Assembly: GCA_034521025.1 (NCBI GenBank)
Contig: JAXHMZ010000005.1
Span: 26,352 to 90,351 of the forward strand
Direction: 5' to 3'
From: Candidatus Campbellbacteria bacterium
Lineage (GTDB): Bacteria; Patescibacteriota; Minisyncoccia; Phycocordibacterales; JAXHMZ01
DNA: 64,000 nt
The translations under genes were made by a program, and so were the position numbers. The notes under the pieces are model-generated. The model made no database searches. It saw nothing but the letters and a program-made list of their open reading frames with translations, and had not been told where the DNA came from. Shown piece by piece: positions 1-8,039 of the stretch (positions within the stretch are counted from its first letter, which is position 1; the number at the start of each line of letters is the position of its first letter).

Positions 1-68
1 AATAATCTACGCTGTGGGAATTCACGATACCAGATAAAATAAGCCAAAAGGCCTAATTTAAGCGAATT

Positions 69-100
69 TAAATGCTTCAATCTATAGATTGAAGCATTTA
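69..100. repeat. Perfect palindrome copy 1: core aatgcttcaat-ctatag-attgaagcatt (71..98), flanked by T-rich sequence
   Basis: Identical 28-nt core recurs at 20591..20618 and 51144..51171; sits downstream of minus-strand ORF 111..737. Confidence 0.9.
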
Positions 101-110
101 TTTAGCGTAC

Positions 111-737
111 CTAAAAGCTAATTTGTATCTTTTCAATTACCCTCTCGTGAGGATAATCCAATATATCGCGCACCAAGCGATCCTTTACGGATAAGCGATA
201 GTAAAAGTCCTCTGTATCAAAGTAGGCGTACGCTATTTCCCGGCCGATGTCGCTTTCGATCATTTGCAGAGTGCGTTCTATATCCTTTTTGCGGATATTA
301 TCTCCAACGACTAATAGGTCCACTCGGTCGCTTGCTCTTCCCAAGAAAATACCGGCCATTACGACAAACTTGAGTTTTCCGGCCTTTTTGAGTTTTTCGG
401 CTATATCTTTGCGTGCCACTGTATCATCAAAAGACAAGAGTCGCTTCAGCGCGTCCGCGTAAACAAAGCGTGGGTTCAATATATATTCAGTTTCCTGCTT
501 GCTCGACCGTTTACTTTTCGTTTTTTTATCTCCTTTAGTTTTCTTCTTGGACGCCTCTTTTCTTTTTAACATTCCGGTCTTTTCAAGAACCCTAAGCTCT
601 TTTCTTATGGTTGTTTTGGTAAGGCGGGTTTTGGAGGCAATATCAACGGTAGTATAATACTTATTCTCGTTAAACAAGAAAAGGCGCATAACCTTTACGC
701 GTGCCACTCCCCCGAACAGTTGCGATAGTATATCCAT
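111..737 (-). CDS. Hypothetical DNA-binding protein: N-terminal winged-helix-like region plus C-terminal nucleotidyltransferase-like motif (GRASDRVDLLVVGD)
   Basis: ORF 208 aa; N-terminal 'TTVDIASKTRLTKTTIRKELRVLEKTGML' HTH-like; C-terminal MNT-fold-like motif; no confident family. Confidence 0.4.
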   Translation of the reverse strand: MDILSQLFGGVARVKVMRLFLFNENKYYTTVDIASKTRLTKTTIRKELRVLEKTGMLKRKEASKKKTKGDKKTKSKRSSKQETEYILNPRFVYADALKRLLSFDDTVARKDIAEKLKKAGKLKFVVMAGIFLGRASDRVDLLVVGDNIRKKDIERTLQMIESDIGREIAYAYFDTEDFYYRLSVKDRLVRDILDYPHERVIEKIQISF

Positions 738-767
738 ACCGGTGAGTATAGCAAATTTAGTGATTCA

Positions 768-800
768 AAAAAAGAAAACCCGCGGGTGCGGGTTTTCTTT
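768..800 (-). terminator. Intrinsic terminator after rplL (hairpin aaaacccgc/gcgggtttt followed by a T-run on the minus strand)
   Basis: GC stem-loop plus U-tract seen in sequence immediately 3' of rplL. Confidence 0.6.
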
Positions 801-826
801 TGAACTCTCTCTTGATTCTCGATAAA

Positions 827-1396
827 CTATTTCAGTGTAATAGTTCCACCGAGCTCTTCAACCGTTCCTTTGAGCTCTTCAGCTTCTTCTTTCGCCATTC
901 CTTCTTTGAGTACTGCCGGCGCTCCTTCAACCAAGTCTTTCGCCTCTTTTAGACCAAGTCCCAGAGCCGCCTTAACTGCCTTTATAACTCCTATTTTTTG
1001 ATCACCGACATCGGTGAGTTCAACATCATACGAGCTTTTTTCCTCGTCTTCTTCCTCGGCGCCTCCGGCGGCCGGAGCAGCTGCTACGGCTTGAGCGGAA
1101 ACTCCGAATTTATTTTCTAGAAGTTTTACAAGTTCGTTTAACTCCAGAACCGTCATATTCTCTACTTGCTCTACTAGAGCTTTGAACTTTTCCGGAACTT
1201 CTACGTTCTCTCCACTTTCTTCTGAAGACTCCTCTTTTTCTGCGGCTTCTGCCTCAGCCGGAGCTTCTTCCTTTACTTCTTCTTTTTCAGCCGGAGCTTC
1301 TTCTGTTTTAGAAGCAGCCTCTTCTTTCGTTTCCTCGGTTGCCTCTTCCGGTTTGACTTCTTCTTTTGTTGTTTTTGTTTCTTTTTCTTCTGCCAT
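827..1396 (-). CDS. rplL: Ribosomal protein L7/L12 with a ~65-aa acidic E/K-rich N-terminal extension
   Basis: C-terminal '[43 protein letters not shown]' and NTD '[21 protein letters not shown]' are canonical L7/L12; no alternative start found before NTD helix 1. Confidence 0.9.
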   Translation of the reverse strand: MAEEKETKTTKEEVKPEEATEETKEEAASKTEEAPAEKEEVKEEAPAEAEAAEKEESSEESGENVEVPEKFKALVEQVENMTVLELNELVKLLENKFGVSAQAVAAAPAAGGAEEEDEEKSSYDVELTDVGDQKIGVIKAVKAALGLGLKEAKDLVEGAPAVLKEGMAKEEAEELKGTVEELGGTITLK

Positions 1397-1410
1397 AATA
1401 ATTGTTTAAA

Positions 1411-1902
1411 CTAAGCTTCCCTTGTCTCCGCTATCTGATGCAGAGCGGAAGCGAATCCTTGTATCGGTGAATTGATAACGTTAACGAACTGCGTGAGAAG
1501 GGTTTCTCGCGATGGAATGGTAGCGATATCGACCATAGAAGATCGATCGTAATATACTCCATCGAATACACCGCCAACTATTGAGAGCGCTCCACCCAGA
1601 CCCTTGCCGAACTCATAGATTTCTCGGGCCGGAGCCAGATGATCCTCTGAGTAAGCCAGGGCGATCTCGCCTTCTAGAGGCGGCTTTTCTCCCTCAAACG
1701 ATTTATTATCAAGCGCGCGATGAATAAGGGTCTTTTTGGCTACATAGTAGCCGACGCTTTTTTCGCGCAAATCGTGGCGCATCTTCGTTGAGTCCTCTAC
1801 ACCGAGTCCTTTGAAGTTGACAAAGACGACGGTAGAAGAATTATCAAGAATATCTTCTACTGTCTTTGCCACCTCCTTTTTCTTGTCTCGTGTAATTGCC
1901 AT
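1411..1902 (-). CDS. rplJ: Ribosomal protein L10
   Basis: 'MAITRDKKKEVAKTVEDILDNSSTVVFVNFKGLGVEDSTKMRHDLRE' L10 family; immediately upstream of rplL. Confidence 0.9.
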   Translation of the reverse strand: MAITRDKKKEVAKTVEDILDNSSTVVFVNFKGLGVEDSTKMRHDLREKSVGYYVAKKTLIHRALDNKSFEGEKPPLEGEIALAYSEDHLAPAREIYEFGKGLGGALSIVGGVFDGVYYDRSSMVDIATIPSRETLLTQFVNVINSPIQGFASALHQIAETREA

Positions 1903-2279
1903 ATTTTCTGGTAAGTGTCTTACCTGCTGCTCTACTTAGGGTTTTCTAATAATCGGTATTAAAGCTCATATTGCTCTCCTCGGCTCGGAAATACTCAAGG
2001 CTTCGCCTCGGTATTCCTCTCGCTCTACGTCGGCAATAAAAAAGACCTTTGTAAAAAGGCTCAAATCAAAGCATGCATCATCGCGCCCTTTGGCGCTAGC
2101 GTTGCCTCGGCAGGTCATTTACGCGGGAGATTGCCCGCCACCTGCTGTCTCAAGCCTTACAGGAGAGATACTACTCCACAAACCCCAACAAGTCAAACGC
2201 TAACACGCCATTTTGCGTTCTTTCTGACAGTCTCAGACGTGGATACATTGAGGGCGGACAGGTGATATACTGAAGATGT
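1903..2279. other. 377-bp GC-rich, stem-rich ORF-free divergent region; candidate L10 leader or small ncRNA plus divergent promoters
   Basis: No convincing ORF; nested stems (gcaggt..acctgc; gcggg..cccgc; cctcgg repeats). Confidence 0.25.
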
Positions 2280-2660
2280 ATGCAGTTTGCTCTTCAATAT
2301 GTCAGTTGGCATTACTCGCGGGGAGTGCACGACATCGTTGTACTCTGGTCTAATTTTATATGGTTTCTTTCGCACTTTTTCTCCATACCCTTACTCGCCT
2401 CCACCCTATTCTCTCCTTGGAAGAGATTGCACGAGGAGCCCAAAGATGGCTTTGACCTCGAAGATTTCTTCTCCGCCATATTGGTGAACATAATGATGCG
2501 CCTCGTCGGCTTCTTTATGCGCCTGACTATGATAGCCGTGGGGCTAGCTGTTCTCGCGCTCGCTCTCCTCGGTTTGATAATCGATCTCGCCTTTTGGTTG
2601 CTGTGGCCGGCGGTCATTGGAGTGCTATTATTCTTTGGCTTTAGTCTTCTCATCGCGTAA
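2280..2660 (+). CDS. Small polytopic membrane protein (hypothetical), 3 nt upstream of the Clp-like ATPase
   Basis: 126 aa, 3-4 hydrophobic helices; tightly coupled to the next ORF. Confidence 0.5.
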   Translation: MQFALQYVSWHYSRGVHDIVVLWSNFIWFLSHFFSIPLLASTLFSPWKRLHEEPKDGFDLEDFFSAILVNIMMRLVGFFMRLTMIAVGLAVLALALLGLIIDLAFWLLWPAVIGVLLFFGFSLLIA

Positions 2661-2662
2661 AT

Positions 2663-5143
2663 ATGAACGAAAGAGAAATACAAAGAACATTGAGAAGAAA
2701 CAGCGCCGTACTAACACTCGAACGGGTCTTCCCTAGACGCGTCAGAGGCAACGCTCGCCGAATCGTAACGATAATGATCGTTATATTCGGTTTATTTACG
2801 GCAATGTTGTTCTTTTTGGGCAATAGCGACTTTATAAACGAGAGCGACGTTCCCTCTATTCTCAATAATCTAGCCCTTGAGATAACACGCTTCGTCGGCG
2901 CCCTATTTATCCTCACCGTCTTGTGGTTAATTCTCGTAACTCTAGATTTTTTCTACTACTCCAACTATTTCGACGGGTTCAAAAGCACCATCAGTCGCAT
3001 AGAGCTATACAAACGACGAGACGGATTGAGTTTTGCTCTTTTAAAACTACTTGACGGGCATAGAAACGAGAAAGACCTGGCGCAAATCGCCTTCCGATCA
3101 GCTCAAGCCCACGAATTGGTAAACCGTTTGGGCATTCCCTTTAGAGAGCTCAGGAATTTTCTCAAGGAAAATGATCTTGGTATTCCCAAAGAGTTCCCTC
3201 TGCGAGAAAACGGCAAAATGATCTTGATCAGAGATATAATTGCTCTTTCATACCACAAAAGCCCCGCCATACAAGACTTCTTCTTCAAACGGGGTGTAAA
3301 TTCCGATATTTTCTACGGCGCTTTGGAATGGACAGAGGTTATGCGCCGCGAGCGCCTGCGCAACCTTACCTGGTGGTCACGTATCAATCTCGGAGAGATA
3401 TCCGGTATCGCCAAGGACTGGGCGTACGGCGGGGCGTATACTTTGCGCCGCTACGCGACAGAAATTCGCGCACGCCGTACACATGCCGGTACTTCCGTAC
3501 TGCACGCGCGAGATGAAATAGAAACCATACTTTCCAAGTCACGTGAAGCGAACGCGCTTTTGGTAGGAGCGCGAGGAGGCGGACGAGACCAAGTAATATC
3601 TGATTTTGCCGCTCGTGTTTACGAAGGCAAGTCTCCGGCGCCGCTTGAAGGAAAGCATATATTCCGACTGGATTCTGTGGCTCTGTCCACCAACAATCCC
3701 GACAAGCATTCTTTTGAAAGCGAGCTTTTAAAGCTTTTGAACGACAGCGTTCGCGCCGGCAATATAATTCTCGTCATAGACAACATATCCGACTTTCTCC
3801 TCAACGCGAGATCGATCGGCGTTGACGTAAGAGAGATCTTTGATCCGTTCCTCGCGAGCGACTCTCTTCAACTCGTAGCTACCGCCACCCCCGAAGAAGT
3901 TGAAACTTCGCTAAGGGACTTCCCTTTCACGCGTACCAGGTTTGAAAAGATAAGAGTAAAAATAGACGATAATAAAGAGCTTATCTCGCTGTTATCCTAC
4001 GCCGCTTTGAATATTGAAGCTCGCTCTGATGTATTTTTCACCTTCCAGAGTCTCGCTAAAACTGCTGATCTGGCACGGAGCGCGCTAGTTGACTCCACTC
4101 TCCCTGATGACGCTGTAGATATACTCTACGAGGCCGCCGCGGGAGCCAAGACAAGTAACTCTCCTATCATCACTGAAACGGAGATAGAGACTCTGATATC
4201 AAACCGCACCGGCATACCAGTCGGCAAAGCGAGCGCGTCTGAACGCGAAGAACTGCTAAAACTAGAAGAGAACCTGTCCTCTATGGTGGTCGGCCAAACT
4301 GACGCACTCAAGGCCGTATCAAACGCGCTCAGAAGAAACCGAGCCGGCATCGGAGAAGACGATCGCCCGATGGGCTCTTTCCTCTTCCTCGGCCCTACCG
4401 GAGTTGGCAAAACCCAAGTAGCGCGCTCCTTGGAAGCGACCCTTTTTGACGAGAATGGAGTTATGCACCGTTTGGATATGTCAGAATTCCAGAATGAAAA
4501 CGCTCTAGACCGTCTAATCGGAAGCATAGACTCAAAATCACCGGGAATATTGGAAGAAAAGATCAATCGCTCCCCTTACGGTATCCTTCTTCTGGATGAA
4601 TTCGAAAAGGCACACGGAAACGTTCATAACCTGTTTTTGCAGATATTGGACGAAGGATTCTTTGCTAACTCCCACGGCAAAAGAGTTAATATGAGCAATC
4701 TGATAATTATCGCCACCTCGAACGCCGGCAACCAGGAAATACAAGCGGCCGCCAAGTCATCAACTGATCTCTCGGCTTTCAAAGACGAACTGATCTCCAC
4801 CCTTATAAACGATCAGATATTCCGGCCGGAACTCCTAAACCGCTTTGACGAAGTCGTATTGTTCGAGCCGTTATCAAAAGATGATCTGCGAGCCATCGCA
4901 AAGCTTGAGCTCGAAAAACTGGCGGAACGGACAGAGTCAACCAGAGTGCGTATAAATATAACCGACGAACTTGTAGAATTCCTCGCCGAGAAAGGATACG
5001 ACCCGCGTTTCGGAGCAAGAGAAATGAAGCGCGTAATACAAGACTCCATAGAACGCGTACTCTCCGAGAAAATATTAAAGGGTGAAGCGCTTCCCGGCTC
5101 AACCGTGTCACTTTCAAGAGAGGAGCTGGAAAAAGCCCTGTAA
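2663..5143 (+). CDS. Membrane-anchored ClpA/ClpB-family AAA+ ATPase with degenerate first nucleotide-binding domain and intact second one
   Basis: 2 N-terminal TM helices; D1 'LLVGARGGGRDQ' and 'ILVIDNISDF' replace Walker A/B; D2 'VVGQTDALKAVSNALRRNRAGI..FLFLGPTGVGKTQ..LLLDEFEKAH..IIATSNAG..RPELLNRFDEVVLFEPL' canonical. Confidence 0.8.
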   Translation: MNEREIQRTLRRNSAVLTLERVFPRRVRGNARRIVTIMIVIFGLFTAMLFFLGNSDFINESDVPSILNNLALEITRFVGALFILTVLWLILVTLDFFYYSNYFDGFKSTISRIELYKRRDGLSFALLKLLDGHRNEKDLAQIAFRSAQAHELVNRLGIPFRELRNFLKENDLGIPKEFPLRENGKMILIRDIIALSYHKSPAIQDFFFKRGVNSDIFYGALEWTEVMRRERLRNLTWWSRINLGEISGIAKDWAYGGAYTLRRYATEIRARRTHAGTSVLHARDEIETILSKSREANALLVGARGGGRDQVISDFAARVYEGKSPAPLEGKHIFRLDSVALSTNNPDKHSFESELLKLLNDSVRAGNIILVIDNISDFLLNARSIGVDVREIFDPFLASDSLQLVATATPEEVETSLRDFPFTRTRFEKIRVKIDDNKELISLLSYAALNIEARSDVFFTFQSLAKTADLARSALVDSTLPDDAVDILYEAAAGAKTSNSPIITETEIETLISNRTGIPVGKASASEREELLKLEENLSSMVVGQTDALKAVSNALRRNRAGIGEDDRPMGSFLFLGPTGVGKTQVARSLEATLFDENGVMHRLDMSEFQNENALDRLIGSIDSKSPGILEEKINRSPYGILLLDEFEKAHGNVHNLFLQILDEGFFANSHGKRVNMSNLIIIATSNAGNQEIQAAAKSSTDLSAFKDELISTLINDQIFRPELLNRFDEVVLFEPLSKDDLRAIAKLELEKLAERTESTRVRINITDELVEFLAEKGYDPRFGAREMKRVIQDSIERVLSEKILKGEALPGSTVSLSREELEKAL

Positions 5144-5156
5144 ACTCGTCCTTACC

Positions 5157-5327
5157 CTACTCCACTATATTTTGCTCTGTATTATCGGGCCCGGCCGGCG
5201 ATACCTCCACTCCGGAGTTATTTTCTTCCAAGTATGACAGTACCTCAAAGAGAGACAGCGAGATTATTATGATAACTACAAAGACCACCATAAACTTGAG
5301 TGAAGTACTGTTGAGATAGTCTTTCAT
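5157..5327 (-). CDS. Possible 56-aa small membrane protein (below ORF-track cutoff)
   Basis: ATG with GAGGT 7 nt upstream; hydrophobic core 'FMVVFVVIIIISLSLF'; not in track. Confidence 0.25.
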   Translation of the reverse strand: MKDYLNSTSLKFMVVFVVIIIISLSLFEVLSYLEENNSGVEVSPAGPDNTEQNIVE

Positions 5328-5346
5328 AAAGTTACCTCAAGTATAC

Positions 5347-5390
5347 CAAAAAACTCCCTCCGCCAAATGTCCGGCGGAGGGAGTTTTGTT
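5347..5390. terminator. Bidirectional intrinsic terminator between convergent genes (ctccctccgcc/ggcggagggag stem with A-run and T-run flanks)
   Basis: Perfect 11-bp GC-rich stem flanked by aaaaaa and ttttgtt. Confidence 0.7.
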
Positions 5391-5397
5391 GAAAACT

Positions 5398-6087
5398 CTA
5401 TTGGTTGTTCTCTTCGTTTATCAATGCTTCCAGACGAGCGATCTGCTCAGCATATATGGCGTCATACTGAGGATTCAGCGCGGCCGCCTCTTGCCAGTAC
5501 TGCAGTGCCTCCTCGAATTCCCCTTGGTCTTCTAGGTAATAGGCGTAAGTAACAAGAGAGCCGGTAGCGCGATCTGTCGCTTCTATGGCTTGCTCTATCC
5601 TCGCTTTAAGCTCTTCGCCTCCCACGTCAAACTGGTTTTTCTCGAGCTCTATAAGAAGGTTCCAATAGGCGAAGTTCTCCGGATGATTTTCGGTCGCTTC
5701 CACCAAGACGTCTCTCGCGCGATCATAGTTCTCCGCTTCTGCCTCCATATCATAGATAGCCCTGATCGCTTCCTGTGGATCTTCGGTGTACTCTATGGCG
5801 TTTTCGTAGGCGCTTCGCGCCGCTCGCAAATCCCCTATACGCGCGCTTGCGTTACCGATTATCATATATTCGTTGTAGTAGGCCTTGTCGTTCTCTTCTT
5901 CCCTTCTGTCAAAATCCCTGATCGCCTCTCTAGACTCAGAGATAACCTCTTCCTGTTGCGCTATCTCCTCTGAGGATAGTCCGGTATCGCGTCTCTCAAG
6001 GGCGTTTTCCGGCACCAGCAGGGCCACCGCTATGAGTGCCACCAGAACCGTACCGGCTACAAGTATAATTCTAATTTTTTCTTTCAT
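5398..6087 (-). CDS. Membrane-anchored tetratricopeptide-repeat protein
   Basis: N-terminal TM helix; repeated A..Y..A TPR-like periodicity. Confidence 0.6.
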   Translation of the reverse strand: MKEKIRIILVAGTVLVALIAVALLVPENALERRDTGLSSEEIAQQEEVISESREAIRDFDRREEENDKAYYNEYMIIGNASARIGDLRAARSAYENAIEYTEDPQEAIRAIYDMEAEAENYDRARDVLVEATENHPENFAYWNLLIELEKNQFDVGGEELKARIEQAIEATDRATGSLVTYAYYLEDQGEFEEALQYWQEAAALNPQYDAIYAEQIARLEALINEENNQ

Positions 6088-6212
6088 TTTTGTTCCGTTT
6101 AGTTTTTGTCTCTTTTGCTATGCCCCCAATTGTAGCAAAAGAGAAACAAAAGACAATAAAACCCGCAAGTATAGCGGGTTTTATTGTCTTTATCGTCTCA
6201 ACCTTTATCTGT

Positions 6213-7907
6213 CTACTCTGAGATATTAACTTGATCGGTGTCTATACTTTCACCGCTTACGTCTATTTCTGTAGTGCTGGTCGTACCATCTGAGTTAGTG
6301 CTTACGAAATATGACTCTAATTTCATTCCGTAGGTACCGGTACCGTTATCACTAGCTCCATCAGGGTCCGCCTCTACTTCAATTCCAAAGGTTTCAGTCG
6401 CGCCCTCGGCTATTTCATAGGCGCCCCCAGAAAGAGTAGCCGAGGAGCTAGAGATAGAAGCGGTCTCACTCGCTACTTGGTTGTCGTGTCCGGTCATCGT
6501 GTAGAAGAATCCACTGTCTCCACCGTTTGTCACATTATCTACGTCGTCACTGATGTAGTGCGTACCTGACTTGGAAGTGATCTCCACTACAACTTCGAAT
6601 ATTCCAACAGTTCCTTCATCCGTTGCTTGCGCACTTTGGGCAGCCTGCGTGATGGTCAGAATGTCAGAGATCACATCGTGTATTACACCGGAGCCAATTC
6701 CGATGTTTTCTTGATCAGCACCATTAAGGTTTTCATCAAGCGCGGTAATTTCATCAAGCTCCGCTTCAATGGTGTCTGGTGTTGAGAAGTTTGAAGCCTG
6801 ATTAAAGTCTACTTCAACCGTCATCGGCTCCTCTAGATTTTCGACTAACTCATAATCCAAACTATTAAAAGTGACCGTCTCTACAGAGGAGGATGAACTT
6901 GGTGAAACCGAGCTCAAGAGAGTACCATCACCATAAAGACGAGCTTCTGAGATCATATCTCCCACGTTGCTAGAATCTGTTCTCAATATAACTTCTACAG
7001 ATTTGATAGTTATATCCTGGATCTGGGCGCTAACATTATACTTGAGTAGTTCTACATCAGTCGTAGCTGAGTTATCTTCCACGACAAATGTGCTTTGCTC
7101 TGGGGAGTTCGAGTTCGGGTCAACGCTGAGCGTGCCGGACTCGGTCTCGTTAGTTGCCGTGTCGTCCTCTGTGTCGTCTTCTTCTCCCGGCTCTTCATCG
7201 TCTGTGTCGTCGTTAGTCGTATCATCGTCGGTGTCGTCCCCTGTGTCATCGGTTTCATCGTCGGTTGATCCTTCATCCGTCTCCGACTCTTCTTCCGAGC
7301 TTTCTTCGTCTCCATCGTCACCATCATCTCCGTCGTCGCCATCGTCACCATCACCTGCGGTGATGATAGCGTTGGCTTGAGCACGGGTTGATGGTCCGAA
7401 GTATCCTGTTCCCGCGGAAAGACCGAGGGGTGTAAGGATCTGTGAAGAGTAAGCTCCTTGGAAGTCAGTTACAGCGGCTGCTGTAAGTGGTCCGTAGTAA
7501 CTTGTCTCCTGTCCAGGAGATCCTGCTCCGCTTGCAGAAACTCTAAAGCCTCTCGCATTGAGGAACTCTTGGAGTCTTAATACTTCAGTTCCGGTAGAAC
7601 CTACTCCCATGGAGCGGGTGAACGGAGTGAAGTCTCCACTAACTGAAGCGTTCTGAGCGTCCACTTGGGCTTGAAGTCTCTCAATAGCGAGCTCAAGCTG
7701 CTCTATAACCTTCAATAGCTCTGCCGGATCATTCTGCGCTTTCACTGTCTCTGTTTTGTTGAAGCTAAAGAAAGTCCCCATTGCCATAAAGGCAACCACA
7801 AGCGCGAGGCCGAGAAATCTCAGCGCGAATGTGTTTTGATTTTTGTCTAAATTCATAAATTTGTAATCTTGATATTCGATTAAACTCGTATAAATGTGTT
7901 GTTCCAA
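6213..7907 (-). CDS. Cell-envelope protein, paralog A (intact): TM/signal anchor, coiled coil, PG_binding_1-like domain, poly-Asp/Gly linker, beta-rich S/T/D-rich C-terminal domains
   Basis: 'GVGSTGTEVLRLQEFLNARGF..YYGPLTAAAVTDFQGAYSSQ' matches PG_binding_1 pattern; 'DGDDGDDGDDGDDGDEESSEEE' linker; hydrophobic N-terminal stretch. Confidence 0.75.
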   Translation of the reverse strand: MEQHIYTSLIEYQDYKFMNLDKNQNTFALRFLGLALVVAFMAMGTFFSFNKTETVKAQNDPAELLKVIEQLELAIERLQAQVDAQNASVSGDFTPFTRSMGVGSTGTEVLRLQEFLNARGFRVSASGAGSPGQETSYYGPLTAAAVTDFQGAYSSQILTPLGLSAGTGYFGPSTRAQANAIITAGDGDDGDDGDDGDDGDEESSEEESETDEGSTDDETDDTGDDTDDDTTNDDTDDEEPGEEDDTEDDTATNETESGTLSVDPNSNSPEQSTFVVEDNSATTDVELLKYNVSAQIQDITIKSVEVILRTDSSNVGDMISEARLYGDGTLLSSVSPSSSSSVETVTFNSLDYELVENLEEPMTVEVDFNQASNFSTPDTIEAELDEITALDENLNGADQENIGIGSGVIHDVISDILTITQAAQSAQATDEGTVGIFEVVVEITSKSGTHYISDDVDNVTNGGDSGFFYTMTGHDNQVASETASISSSSATLSGGAYEIAEGATETFGIEVEADPDGASDNGTGTYGMKLESYFVSTNSDGTTSTTEIDVSGESIDTDQVNISE

Positions 7908-7963
7908 TATTATACCGCATACAGTTTTTCTCGTAGTCCAAAATGTGGATTATCCCAACACAA

Positions 7964-8001
7964 AAACCCCCTCGCCACGTATGTGGGAGGGGGTTTTGTT
8001 G
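7964..8001. terminator. Hairpin terminator (aaccccctc..gagggggtt + T-run) followed by conserved motif gagcctcgctcagctgt
   Basis: Same terminator-plus-motif module recurs at 10694..10745. Confidence 0.6.
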
Positions 8002-8039
8002 AGCCTCGCTCAGCTGTGCGCGTAAGAGAGTAAACTTAC

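Noticed and set aside
71-98. 28-nt 11-6-11 palindrome as the chromosomal dif (XerCD) site
   Set aside because: dif is normally single-copy with an asymmetric spacer. This element is fully symmetric including its CTATAG centre and occurs at least three times, so a terminator or REP-like role is more likely. Kept as a finding, not called dif.
247-462. Many plus-strand ORFs of 60-140 aa nested inside minus-strand genes (e.g. 247..462, 1182..1409, 3328..3516, 6967..7380, 11054..11978)
   Set aside because: Antisense shadow ORFs: low-complexity S/R/P-rich translations, no start context, and fully overlapped by well-supported genes.
7140-7380. Short tandem nucleotide repeats (gatgat/gtcgtc runs at 7140-7380, 9950-10060 and 12230-12300) that could look like CRISPR or microsatellite arrays
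   Set aside because: They are in-frame coding repeats for the poly-Asp/Gly linker of the envelope paralogs. No repeat-spacer periodicity and no cas genes.
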